From Oikopleura dioica (lineage: Eukaryota > Animalia > Chordata): DNA of 64,000 bases. The stretch's first letter is position 1, and the number at the start of each line of letters is the position of its first letter. A program made the translations under genes and the position numbers. The DNA lies in contig OU015566.1 of NCBI GenBank assembly GCA_907165135.1, positions 7,626,001 to 7,690,000 of the forward strand. The letters are read 5' to 3'. This document shows positions 33,701 through 46,300 of this stretch, piece after piece. The notes under the pieces were generated by a model that was not told the origin of the DNA, made no database searches, and saw only the letters and a program-made list of their open reading frames with translations.

Positions 33701-35945
33701 TTGCAACTTTTGAACAGTGGTTCAATGCGCCGTTCCAAAACGCTGGTGAAAAAGTTGAATTGAACGAAGAAGAAAGTATTCTTATCATTCGACGTTTGCA
33801 CAAGGTCCTCCGTCCTTTCCTCCTTCGTCGATTGAAAAAAGAAGTCGAGACGCAACTGCCAGACAAAGTCGAGCATATCATTCGCTGCGAAATGTCTGCT
33901 CTACAGACGCAGCTTTACAAACACATGAAGCAGGGTTACATGCTCATGGATACGAACGACAAAAAGAACAAGACTGGCAACAAGGCGCTGATGAACACAA
34001 TCATGCAATTGCGAAAGATCTGTAACCATCCATTCATGTTCCGTCACGTGGAAGAAGCGATCGCAGAGAAGATGTACGGCCCAGGGAGCACGACTTGCGA
34101 GGGATCCCTGCTCGTCCGATCTGCTGGTAAATTTGAGCTGATGGAACGTATTCTTCCGAAATTGAAGGCTACTGGCCACAAAGTCCTAATTTTCACCCAA
34201 ATGACGCAAGTCATTCTTCTCATGGAAGATTATTTCAACCAGTACGGATACAAATATCTCCGTCTCGACGGCTCTACAAAAGCTGATGACCGAGGAGAAT
34301 TGCTAAAGATGTTCAATGCGCCAGACTCTGATTATGACGTATTTGTTCTGTCTACAAGAGCTGGTGGTCTTGGTTTGAACTTGCAGACGGCCGATACCGT
34401 CATCATCTTCGATTCTGATTGGAATCCTCATCAAGATATGCAGGCACAAGATCGAGCGCATCGTATTGGTCAGCAGAACGAAGTGCGCGTCTTGCGTTTC
34501 GTTACATCGCAGTCTGTCGAGGAACGAATTCTAGCAGCGGCGCGATACAAACTCACCGTCGACGAAAAAGTCATCCAAGCTGGTAAATTCGACAACAAAT
34601 CCAGCGGTTCTGAGCGACGACAAATGTTGATGGACATTATCGCTCAAGAAGGAATGGACGAAGAAGAAGACGAAATCCCAGATGACGAGACGATCAATAT
34701 GATGTTGCAGCGAAGTCAGGAGGAATTCGAACTCTTTCAGAAAATGGACTCGGAGCGAATCATGAACCAGAAGCCTGGACAAGCTCGATTAATGGAAGAA
34801 GATGAACTCCCGGAATTCTTGACCAAAACCGTCGAAGAGGCGAAGGAGGAGATGGAAGATTCCGATCGATCGAAAATGTACGGAAAAGGAAGTCGAAGTC
34901 GTCGAGAGGTAAACTTCCTCAACCCTTTTTTGTTTGTTTATAATCAACTCAGGTCAATTACGGCGAAGGGTTGACGGAAGAACAATGGCTAAGTGCGGTC
35001 GACAATGGCGACGATGTTAACGCGCTCGAGGAAGCGGCCAAGAAGAGCGGGTAAGCAACATTTGAAACATCCGGCGACGGTATAAATAAATTTTTAAGCG
35101 GCAGTGGAAAGCGAAAACGTGAGGAGTCACCTGAGCAAGAGTCTTCCTCAAAAGACAGCAGAAAGAAAAAGGTAATTATTTTTTCGCCTATCCCATGATC
35201 AAGATCTTTCAATTCTTAATCCTTTCTTCAGAAATCGCAGCCCGCCCAACCGCTAGACGATGAAACGATCAAGAAAATGAAGGCCCTTGTGGACTACATC
35301 GTCGAGTACGAGGACAGGTAATGCACCCTTTCTTTTTCCCTATTTTGCTGAAGTTTGAACAGTGAATTATTAATTTTAATTCAGTGAGGGTCGCCGCCTT
35401 AGTGATCCGTTTATCCACCTGCCGCCAAAGAGAGATCTTCCAGATTACTATGAGCAGATCAAGGCAAGAAAAAAACTCAGGAATCACTCCTTTCACAATT
35501 CTTTTCTAGCGACCCGTCGATGTCTCCAAGATCCGCAACAGAATCCGCGCAGAGAAATATCGAAGCTTGGAAGACCTAGAAAAGGATATCAATACAATGT
35601 GCAAGAATGCGCAACAGTATAATATCGAGGGTTCACTGGTTTGTAGATAAAATTATGCCCCGTTCTAGTGACTATTTTAGATCTTTGACGACTCTGTAAT
35701 CTTGCAGTCCGTCTTTACTTCGGCCAAGCAAATGCTCGAATCGACTGGAAAGCTCCCAACATCGCTCAAGCGAAAGCCAGAAGGTAATCAACGATATACA
35801 AATACAATCGATTATTCGAAATTCAGAGCCGCTGGACATCGATGAAGATTCAAAGAAATCTAAAAAATCGAAAAAGAAGAAGAAGCGCAAGAAAGACGAA
35901 AGCTCGGAAGAAGAAATGACTGATTCTGACGAGTATTCTGATTAA
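30701..35945 (+). CDS. SMARCA4: SWI/SNF ATPase BRG1/brahma
   Basis: QLQ ([10 protein letters not shown]), HSA, BRK, SNF2 ATPase ([16 protein letters not shown]), helicase C, SnAC, and bromodomain ([12 protein letters not shown]) exons. Probably the single SMARCA2/4 ortholog. Confidence 0.95.
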
Positions 35946-36315
35946 TTCTAGGCATCTTTTTAACCTACCTTTTAACACAGCCATTCGCCATTTGTTCACC
36001 TTTCTCTTGAACTTTTACATGTTTATTTCTTCCGTGTTATTTCGCCCGTTTAGCCCTTATCTTATTTAACACGATTGAAACATTCGTTAATTAGTTGTTA
36101 TTCATTCTTTCTTTTCGTCTCTCAAATAGTTGAAATTTCTTTCCGAAAATATCCTTCCCGCATTTCCTGCCATTACATTCTCGTCCCCTTTTTTAAATCG
36201 CGTTAAAATTGTTCCCTGTACATTTTCTTCCCCACAATTGAAAGCTCATAAGGATAACTTCTTTAGAGAAAATCCCATTTAGAAAGCAACCGTATTTAAA
36301 TACTAAATACAGGAA

Positions 36316-36791
36316 ATGTCTGACTCGGAATTCGAAGGATACACGCCCACGAAGCGTGCCAGACTTGAAGTGCCACTGGCAGCGCAAATATCGCCAAATT
36401 CGCGGATAAGGAAGCCAAAATCTGCACACAACCAAATTGCCATGATGAAAATCGATAACTCGGTGAAGGTTTGTGTTCGCTGTTGACATTTGACTAATTT
36501 GATGGGGGTTTAGAGGAGAAGAGAATCTTTTGTTGTTCGCCCAGATGACGTCTTAGCAGAGAAGATTAAGAAACTTGAGGAATTATACGACGATGCTTTT
36601 AGATCTGAAGCTCAGGTAAGAAAGAGCTTCTGAATATAAAACATCTCTTGTATTAGGAAAACCCAGAGTTGTCATTCAACGAGCTCAATCTTCGATCACT
36701 AGAAAGAATTACAAGCTCAGAAGAGTTTCTCAAAGCAGCTGACTTGTTAGACCTGCCGGTCTTACTTGGTTTGAAGACAAATAATAGTTGA
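36316..36791 (+). CDS. Hypothetical protein, three exons
   Basis: ACAG acceptor before the ATG. Two GT-AG introns join MSDSEFEGYTPTKRARL... to ...LLGLKTNNS* in frame. Confidence 0.65.
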
Positions 36792-36932
36792 TTATTTTTT
36801 AACATTGAACCTGTACAAGTGCCTTATATATTTTATTTTTTTTTTACTTTCTTGCCTTGATTTATTTTTCCACAACAGTTCCTACCTTTATAATTCTTTT
36901 GGTAATTTTTTAATCATTTTCAATGATAAGAG

Positions 36933-37407
36933 ATGAATTCGAAAAGCATACGTTTTTCACGAGCAGCCGGGATGGAAGTTCAAAAAAGAAATATCACAGA
37001 TACAGAAACGCCGGTTCTCGAAAAAGTGGCGCTAGAAGAACAGCTCAAAGAAATGAAACATGACTTAGAAGATAATGACAATGGTTCGTTAAATTTCTAT
37101 GTTGTTATCTCAACGAATTTTAGGCATCCCGATTCCAGACTTGAAGCTTCCAGAAGTCTTGGAAACATCAGATCATCTTCAACGCGCCTATCGTATTAAA
37201 CAGCTACCTCACGATTCCTCCATGCCTGTTGTCATCACTTTTGTGTTTCTTCTTTTAGGTAAGCGCCTTTTTCATTCTTATCGATTCTGATATCAATCTT
37301 CAGTGAGCGTTCTTGCATTCAATCATCGTCGAAAAATCGTCGCTTTTATCTTGGAAGGTGGCACTCGCCGCCGCAGCCAGCGCTACACTCGTCTTACTTC
37401 AACCTGA
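36933..37407 (+). CDS. TGN38/TGOLN2-like (or C5orf15/KCT2-like) membrane protein
   Basis: Spliced C-terminus PVVITFVFLLLVSVLAFNHRRKIVAFILEGGTRRRSQRYTRLTST* resembles TGN38 HHNKRKIIAFVLEG...DYQRL, including a YxxL motif. The start codon is uncertain. Confidence 0.7.
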
Positions 37408-37798
37408 AAACTCACCAAAAGAATCGTTGCCCTCATCCAATGTTCCAGACCTTTGTTCCAGTACTTCAACTATCCATACCCTGTATTATTTATTTCTCCC
37501 TTTCATCTCTTTTATATTTTCCCACTGTGTTCTCATTTTCAAACAGATGCCGAATTTCTTCAATAAAAAATCTTTCCTAAATTTCATAACATTTCCTTTT
37601 CCGGCCTAGAAATTCGATCGTGTCAAAGGTCCAGTATCAAACACAGCATGAATGTTGCAGAGAAAGAAGCAGCAGCCTTGTGGGTTAAATTGCAGAAAAT
37701 ACCGAGAATCGCCGGAGCAAGAATCTTGAAAATAAATGATAGTAAAGGGCAAAGAAATCATTTTATTTGCGAACATTGACCCATTTAAAACACTCAAT

Positions 37799-40700
37799 AT
37801 GTCAACGGAAAATAAAGTCAATACTCACAAAAGGGTTGGAGTCTCCATATTTGAGCCCTAAAAACAGCCCGCAGTATCAAATCAATTCAACCTGGTCGAT
37901 CAAAGATCCAAAAAAGCTTGATGAAAGTTCATTCCTCCGCACCCACATTTTTGATAGCGCAACGAAAAACGTCTCTGAATTGAAAAACTGCGGCGGGGTT
38001 CGAGCAACGTCAGTGGTGAAGATTTCTGAAGTTCGTGAAAATGGCGAGTTTTTCCAGATTGTTGAAATTGGTGAGAAGAAAGAGCTGTTCATTGAAAAAT
38101 GGAGCCAGGAACGCCGATTGCAGCGACTTGACTTGAACAAGACCATTACTTCTGTCCCTAAAGATCTTGAAATTAGTGGCGCACTTTCTGTAAGCCCTTG
38201 TGGACGATATGTTGTTTTCTCGGCAGAAACAAAGGGGCCCGATGAGAAATCTTTCTTTGATGAAGCAAAAAGCGACAGTGATAAGAAGGCAAATGATGAG
38301 ACAGAGAAAGATGAACCCGTTTTCGGTCAGAAATTTTTGTCAAAGAAACCTTGGGGTGAGCAAATGACGAAAACTGTATCTCCGAATTTGGTTCTTGTTG
38401 ATTTTGAAACAGAAAAGATCGAAAAACTCGCTTTCGAAAACTCCTCCCTTGGCCAGCCGCAGATTAATTCAACTGGAAATATCTTGTTTATGGCATTGGA
38501 CGAAAAGCCGTTCAAACTTGGGCGAATATATTGCACAAATCGACCGATTGCGATTTATCAAACATCCGTGGCCGATTTCTCAAAGTATGAGAAGCTTACA
38601 GAAGACGATTACTCCGCAAGAAGCCCTAGATGGATCCCAGGCAATGACAGTTCTTTTATCTTTTTGAAAAGATCAACTTACGGGCCGCATTTGGAATGCG
38701 ACGCGCTGTGTCAATTCACCGATGGCAAAATCCACGACATCGTTCCAGTGATAAAAGACTACCCGAAGAGCGATACTGAATTTGCTGGAATTTACTGTAC
38801 CGAGCTCAAGTCCTCTCCCTTCCTCATCCTACCATCCGGAGAACCGATAATTCTTCAATCAACAATCACTAAATCTTCCGTGATCGTCTTCGCCATTTCT
38901 CTGGATGGATCTATCCAGCGAATAACCGATCCGGGCAAATCCTCCTACGTTTCTTCAATTTGTGGCGATTCAGCCGCCATCATCAGCTGCTCAGAAAACA
39001 CAAGTGAAAGCGTTCACATTCTCCAAATGAAGAGCGCGACTGATTTCTCCCTCGAAGAAGTCGTCCCCGCTTCAGATTCCTTCGAACGAATTCAAGAGAA
39101 CTTTGAATTGACTTCGAAGAGTAAAAGAATTTTTGAGACTCACTTTACTGGTCGAGAAGGAAATAAGAACTTGGCGCTTTATCCTCATGGTGGACCGAAC
39201 TCAAATACGACCAAGAGTTTTTCGACGACGTTTATTGGGCTTGGAGAACTAGGGTAAGAATGGCCATTTATCTCACTATTAAAAATACTTTTTGGTAGTT
39301 ATCAGATAATAAGCGTATTTAAAATTATAATTTATAAACTGAGTAATAATAAAATATTTTTTTATAAAATATGGTTTCGTAAAAAAATCTTTTTCAATAC
39401 GGGTTCATTTGAATCTGCTGCTCAATCAATTTTAGATACGATATTCTGATGCCGAATTATACGGGCTCTGTCGGATATGGACAAGATAACGTCTACGCAC
39501 TCGGCGGAAATATTGGCGATTATGATATCGACGATTGCCTCGCCGCCTTAGATCATCATTTGGCGAAGAAAAGTTACGAAAACGTTTTCGTCTTTGGTGG
39601 TTCACACGGGGGTTTCTTAACTGCTCATCTCACTGCAGCCCGGCCTGATCAATTCAGAGCCGCAGTGATCAGGTACCTTCGCGGGTGAGATTAACCTGAA
39701 GCTTTCATTTTTTGTCTCTAGAAATCCTGTCATTGATTTAAACAGCATGCACCACGTGACGGACATTCCGGACTGGAACGAGTGGCAAGGGTTGAATATT
39801 CCGCCGCTTTTGGGAAAATCACCGATCGAGGAGCAAATTCTAGAGCTTAGGAAACGATCTCCGATCGCATACGCTCATAAAGTTAAAACACCAACGCTGA
39901 TGAATATTGGTCTCAAGGTCAGTCACTGATAAAATAGGTGGTGGTCTAAACTTTGAAGTTCTTACGTGCGATAAGAACTTCGTGTGGCCTAAACTTTGAT
40001 CGTTCCCATGTGCGATTCTTTGAGAAAGTAGCCTAAACTTTGACTCTTCCTATGTGTGAAAGTGGTCTAAACTTTGAATTTCCCCTGAGGCGCTCTGACT
40101 AGTTCTATGTGTGTCTTCACCTTGAATGAAAAACGTAAACCTTATTGGTCTGCATCAGGGCTCTAAATAGACTAGTCCGGGCTCCGACTTAGTCCGAAGT
40201 CCGTCCGGTCTAGTCCGGCCGGACGGACCAGACTTCTGATTTTTGGCTGAGAAAATTTTCGGACTAGACCAGACCAGACTTGCCTTTTTCGCCGGACTTA
40301 GTCGGAAAAAGTCCGAAAAGTCCGAAAAGCTGGACCACTTTCAGACTTATGTTTTAGTCCGAAAAGTCCGAGAAAGTCCGAGAAGACTTGACCACTTCCA
40401 GACATATTTTCAGACCAATTAAGTCCGAAAAAGTCCGAAAAGTCTTCATTTTTCTAAGTAAAACCTTAAGGTAACATCATACACTTGATGCGGTGCCCTT
40501 GAAAAGGGTCTAAGCTTAATTTTCATCATAAAAAAAATTGATCAGTTAAGGTGATCATAATGATATAAATGCTTGAAAAATATTTTCACTTTAACTTATC
40601 GTTGTGACACCCTTAAGAGGCCTGTGAGTTTGTTTTCCTTCTAGTGCCCTAGCAACTGTCGAGCTACGAAAGAATCAAAAAATATCTCAAAAATCTTAAG

Positions 40701-41428
40701 GGGATCAACTCGATATCCGTTTTTAAAAAGTCATTATCAAATGACGGAGGGGTCCTTAAGCGACAAAATTTCGAAATTTATTCGAATTTTTTATCGAAAA
40801 TTTTTCGAAAAATTTTCGGACTTTTTCGGACTAGACCGGACTAGACCGGATTTTTTGGCTTTTTTCTCGGACCAGACTTTTTCGGACTTTTTCGGACTTT
40901 TCCCGGACTAGACCAGACTTAAAGTCCGAGTTTTCCAATTCGGACCAGACCAGACCAGACTTGTAAATTTCGGCCAAGTGCCCGGACCTGGACAGACCGG
41001 ACTTTTGATTTTCGCCTCAGATTTAGAGCCCTGGTCTGCATAAAGCGTAGTGGCCTTAGCGGGCGGTGCTCTAGTCACCGATGGCAGAACCGCCTCCGGG
41101 GAAATTCAAAGTTTAGGCCACTTTCTCAAAGAATCGCACATGGGAACGATCAAAGTTTAGGCCACACGAAGTTCTTATCGCACGTAAGAACTTCAAAGTT
41201 TAGACCACCACCTATTTTAGTTGTTAAACGAATCCTCATTTTCGATAAATTCAGGATCTAAGAGTTCCACCACCACAGGGAGATCAATGGATCAAGGCCC
41301 TCAGAAGTTACGGAGTCACTTGCGAACAATATGATTACCCAGAAGATTGTCACCCGCTTGGGAGCACGGAAACTCTTGGCGACATCTTTGTCCATCTTCA
41401 TCGCTGGTTCAACATGCACAAACAATAG
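37799..41428 (+). CDS. APEH: Acylamino-acid-releasing enzyme (S9C peptidase)
   Basis: WGEQM, GRIYCTNR, PHGGP, NYTGSVGYG, GGSHGG nucleophile, and a last exon DLRVPPPQG...DCHPL carrying the catalytic Asp and His. Confidence 0.93.
39932..41217. mobile_element. MITE with long TIRs (about 400 bp without the nested insert), probable TA TSD
   Basis: 39930-40029 is a perfect 100 bp inverted match to 41120-41219. GG(T/C)CTAAACTTTGA units occur four times on the left and three times on the right. Located in the last APEH intron. Confidence 0.9.
40156..41033. mobile_element. Non-autonomous hAT-type element (878 bp) nested in the MITE
   Basis: 13 bp TIR CAGGGCTCTAAAT. 8 bp TSD GTCTGCAT at 40148-40155 and 41034-41041. 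Dense AGTCCG/CGGACT subterminal repeats. No ORF. Confidence 0.93.
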
Positions 41429-42179
41429 TTTTTATCAATCAAAAAGTTCACTGATGCAATTTTACATGTCCTTCGATTTTAAAAAGTTCAATTTATTCAA
41501 AACTTCAAGTTGAAAATCTTTAGATTGAAATCGGCTATTGACTTTTAAAATGGAGCCTTGGCATATTGTGAAGATAATTTCTGAAAAATGTTAAAATGAA
41601 AAACTGTTCTATCATATTTAAATATTGTGTTGCAGTATGCATTTAGTCTATAGTTTCGAAACAAATTATTAATGATATAAGTATTTCTTCCTTCATCCTT
41701 TCCAAAATAAGAGACGTTATCACATTAGTCTTAATGGAATTTCTGGAGAACCATAAGAAGAACCAAAAATGAAGAAACCGGTAAATTGAAAACCTCTTGT
41801 TAATTAGTGTAAGACCCGCTCGTAGTCTGTCTCGGAGGTTCTGCCCGTGATGTGTATGGATTTTTAGGGGTCAAAATTAACTGCCAGTGACTCGACTCCA
41901 GGCACGGTTAGTAGCGTCTTAATAACTACTACTCGATACTGGAAGCGCTCAATACGTGATTGTCTATTAGAATGAGTCTAAGCTCGCTTATCAAATGAAT
42001 TCGAGAATTCCAACACCTTTCAATTATTCACTATCTTTCGTAAATTTCTTTTTAAAAAATGAATCCAAATCGTGACCCAAAGCTTAATTTCAGAGCTGTT
42101 AATGAATATTCAATAATAATTATTATTAATATGCTAAAAATGTTACTTCCCGAAATCTCCCGAGCGTTATTATTTTCAG

Positions 42180-43027
42180 ATGAACAATAATGCGAATGTA
42201 AGAACGAAAAATATCCAACAGATCGACTCGATATGTTCTTGGTACGGGAGTTGGACGGAGAACGAGCGAAGGCGCTTCTTGGAAGGCCTGGCGAAACTCA
42301 TTCGGCCAAGTCTGGATGACATTATGAACTCCTTAGGGGGTATCAAAATGACCAAGTAAGAGAAGGAGCAATCTTATCAGCAGATAACGCTTATCAGTAA
42401 AAAGTGTGGAGATGCCGGGTATCGATCCCGGTACCTCTCGCATGCTAAGCGAGCGCTCTACCATTTGAGCTACACCCCCTGTGCCTATCTCTCTGCAGCA
42501 TGCATATATGAAGCGTTCTTCACCGGAAGTGCTAATATTTTGGTAATAATCGCTTCAAATGCATGCTAGAATGGCAATAAGGCAGAGGGGGTGTAGCTCA
42601 AATGGTAGAGCGCTCGCTTAGCATGCGAGAGGTACCGGGATCGATACCCGGCATCTCCACACCTTTTGCTTTTGCTGATAAGGGTTTTCTGCTGATAACT
42701 TATCAGTGATAAGTTAGCACCCGACAGCTGCTCAGAATAGGGTTAGGCTTCCTTCGTGTGACATTGGTTCTATGGGGTTTTCAGCAAATAAGAATTCAAT
42801 CTTCTTCCTCTGAGCCAATAATAAAGCCCTATTGATTGATCCATGTGCCCAAAGTATTTTCTAGCGAGTGGTCTGCGCCAGATGTCTTTACCTGCCAAAT
42901 GAAGCTCCTCCGCGACTGGTGGAACTTATGGGATCAGAACGAGCGGCAAGTGTTCGAGGAGCACTTGAATGAACTTCTCACCGACGAAGACAAACTCTAC
43001 TTTCGAAACTGTATCGAAACCAACTAA
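42180..43027 (+). CDS. C14orf119: C14orf119-like protein (DUF4508), two exons
   Basis: SWYGSWTENERRRFLEGL and PDVFTCQMKLLRDWWNLWDQNERQVF match the duplicated W..W...ER..F pattern. Intron 42356-42864. Confidence 0.8.
42407..42479 (-). tRNA. tRNA-Ala(AGC)
   Basis: 73 nt cloverleaf with anticodon AGC, G3:U70 alanine identity pair, and a T-run terminator downstream. Confidence 0.97.
42587..42659 (+). tRNA. tRNA-Ala(AGC)
   Basis: Identical 73 nt copy GGGGGTGTAGCTCAAATGGTAGAGCGCTCGCTTAGCATGCGAGAGG...CATCTCCA, followed by TTTT. Confidence 0.97.
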
Positions 43028-43383
43028 CAACATTTGAACCGAAATATTGAAAAAGAAATCTTTTCACTAACTAGACTTTTTGCCTTTTTAAGAATTCCCT
43101 TTTATAATAATGAAATATTCTGACATGCTATTATGTTTACGTAGACTTCTTTTGCTGTTAAGCACCAAGGTGATTTTTTGTAATAACAAGTATAAAAATA
43201 TTATTAAGTGACTCTTCTTGATATTGTTAACAGGAACTACGTTCTTATCATCATGAAAAAAAACGAAAACTAACAATCAGCCTCTCAAGCTTTTTTTCCT
43301 ACTTCCTTCTGTTCACGAATTCCCTATTCTTATGAGATAAATATAATAATTTCATTTTTTATATCGCTTGCTTATTTTAGAAA

Positions 43384-46300
43384 ATGGCGGCGATTCCGTC
43401 AGAGGGTGGAATCGCACTAGAGCCGCTTCCCCCGCCCGGGCCACGAAAGCGCCGCAAGAAACGAAAGCAGAAAGCGGAGGACGAGAAGGAAATCCAGATT
43501 AATGCCGATCAAACTATTCAGCAACCGCAAGGTATGATGCTCGTGGCTTTTCTATTGTATAATTTAACGTGAAATCCTTGTGGACATGTAACTGGCGGGT
43601 GTACTTGAGCGCTCTTTCTGTGGTGTAAACACGCTCTTCTGTAGGAGCATCGATTCGCCAAAAACTAAAGAAAGTTATCAAAGGAAAAACTTTCAGAAAA
43701 AACTTTTCAAAAGCGGGAACGCCCGTCATTCTTCCTATCCTCAATAGTTACCTTCTTTCCTAGACGACTTGCTGCGAATCGGATACGATAACGAAAGCTT
43801 CGTGGAAGCAGAAGCACCTTTACCGGCCGGTGCAGTAGCCGCTGGAACAGAATCCCCACAAGTAGTATCGCCACGTTCACCTCAAACTCCCAATCACCTC
43901 GACTTGTCCCATCCACCTCAGTTTGCCCTCGAAGAAGAGCAACAGGAAGAACCGCAGCCAGCTGACAATCGAATTCTAGGCGTCAATATTCATCGCACCG
44001 ACCATCTACTTTTCTCGATCAGAAAAATCGTCGTGAAACTTACTTTATTCAACGAGGCAACAGGCAGACTCATCCAAAAGTCCCTCACGGATAGAGCCGC
44101 TGTTTCATTTTACGAGAGCCAGCGGCAGATTAGCTTCATCATGCCAGTTCTAACTCAACCATTCCAAGTCGAAAAAGAACTGTCGCTTTTGCCGCGCTGG
44201 GACGAGTTGATAGAAATCAATGAACAATTCGAATTCATCCTCGGCCAGAATCCCGTTCTCTTGTTTGAAGTCCAGCAGTGCCTCCCAGAAAGCCTCGTTA
44301 CCTGTGCTTGGGCTTATTTGCGGCTTAGAGGAACCGCTCAAGCTACGGTAGATCAACAAATCAGACTGCAATTATTCTCTCCACCGAAACAACGCGATCC
44401 TACTAAAATGACGGAAAGCTGTTTTGGTCTTTTAAAAAGCCGCTCGCTCTCAAGTTCAAAGATCAACTCATCCCTCCACGTGACTGTTTGCCGCTTGACT
44501 CCCTTCGACGAGCGGGAAGGACTAGCTTCGTCGGTCAATCGGTCCATGAGAGCTGACCAGTCCGAAGCTCGCGATTTCGATGAATTGGGAGCGCTTACGA
44601 GAGAGCCATCGAGGTATTTTCAAACACGTGTTGAAAAGCATAACAGTAATGAATTCAGTATTTCGTACAAGAATTCAAAAACAGGCCTTGCCATTGAGAT
44701 CGACTGGGCCCGACCCGCCGGGAAACCGTGTCAAATTCCAAACAGCCGCTTTGATTTTGTAACGATCCCAGATTTCGGCGGTTTCTGCTGTCGCTATTCT
44801 CCAAATGGTCAGTGGGTTGCCTGGACGTCTGCGGCGCCGAATGAACATTGCATTGTTGTTCAATCTGCTATTGCGCCGCTTGATGGAGAGAGGATACAGA
44901 GAGTGCCTGCGCATGCAGGATTGATCTATGACTTGGACTGGAATCCCGAATCGAATAGAATTGTTGTTTGCTCGGCTGATAGAACTGCTACTGTTTGGGC
45001 TTTTGATCAGAAAGGTAAAATAAATGCTTTCTTACATACCATGGAGAAAATAGATTTTCTTCCGTAGATTGCAAGATGACCCATTTTTCGTAAAAGAACC
45101 TTTTTAGCGTGAGCACTTTTATGTAAATTTCGCATCAATATTTACTCGAAAATCTAAATTCCGCGTTCCAAAGGAACTAAATAAAGGTTTAAATATTTTC
45201 TTTCTTTTTGAAAGAAAGGTGCCAGAACAAGTCAGAGAGAAAATCAGCGGGATTGTTTATTTTGAACCCCTTAAAATCTCATGCCGAGCACCTGGTATGA
45301 TGATGCTAAAGCGTTTTTCTTTCAAGATTTATCCCCTGATCCGATTGCAGTTCTTCCAGCACCGTGTTATCTCTATACTGTTCGTTTCTTCCCACAGAAT
45401 CCGGATTTGGTATTTTTGGCTGGACAAAATGGCTTCATTTACGTATACTCTCTCGGCCAAGATCATCCCCAGCTTATACAAGAGCTCAATGTGGGTAAAA
45501 CGATCATCAACTCGATTTCTTTCAATTTAAACGCAACGGTGCTATACGCGACGGCAGATGATGGTTTCCTCTACTCCTTCCCGATCGAGCAGGTGAATTT
45601 ATTGCGGTCGGCCTTGTCAGAACCACACGTTTTTAAACCCAAAGGATTATTGTTAGTTTACAGAGGACCTACTGTATTTTTCTGTCAAACTCTTATATTT
45701 CTCGTGACAGTTTATTTACGGGTACATGTTTTGAATCCAAGGTGTCATTTTGGCCATTTTAAATGTCTGAAATTGCAGAGATTACAGTCAGAAAACTCCC
45801 TAAAAATTTATCGTGCATTTTAACAGTATTGGAATATTTTGAATTTGAGCTTATTAGCGATTCAAATATTTCTGCAAAAATCCATGTAACACGCCACGGA
45901 TCAGGACTGAAAAACACTTCCGACCAACTTGGTATGTTAGTTCCAAATATTTCAGTTATAAAGAAATATGCAAAAAACGTGTTGAAAAAGTATTGGAAAA
46001 CGCAGATGGAAGACGTTTCTGATTTTTTTTTCGTAATATTTTAAATTATGTAGGTCTTGCAATAAAAGTCACGTTGGTACTTGTTTCTAGGGCATAATTA
46101 TTACGGCTTCGATTTCGAAGCCACTTTTGAACTTCTCTGAATCATTTATTTGAGAGATTTCCGCTCACTTTCGCAAGAAATACTCAAACCACTAGCTAAA
46201 TCACCATCGCCCCGATAAATATCAAAATTAATTTGCTTCCGACCTACCTCGCAAGGTTAAAAACAAGAAGAAGCAAAATATCAAACTGGTTTATTTGAAA

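Noticed and set aside
41520-42170. Possible small gene or ncRNA between APEH and C14orf119
   Set aside because: There are splice-like signals but no consistent frame or RNA structure that I could support.
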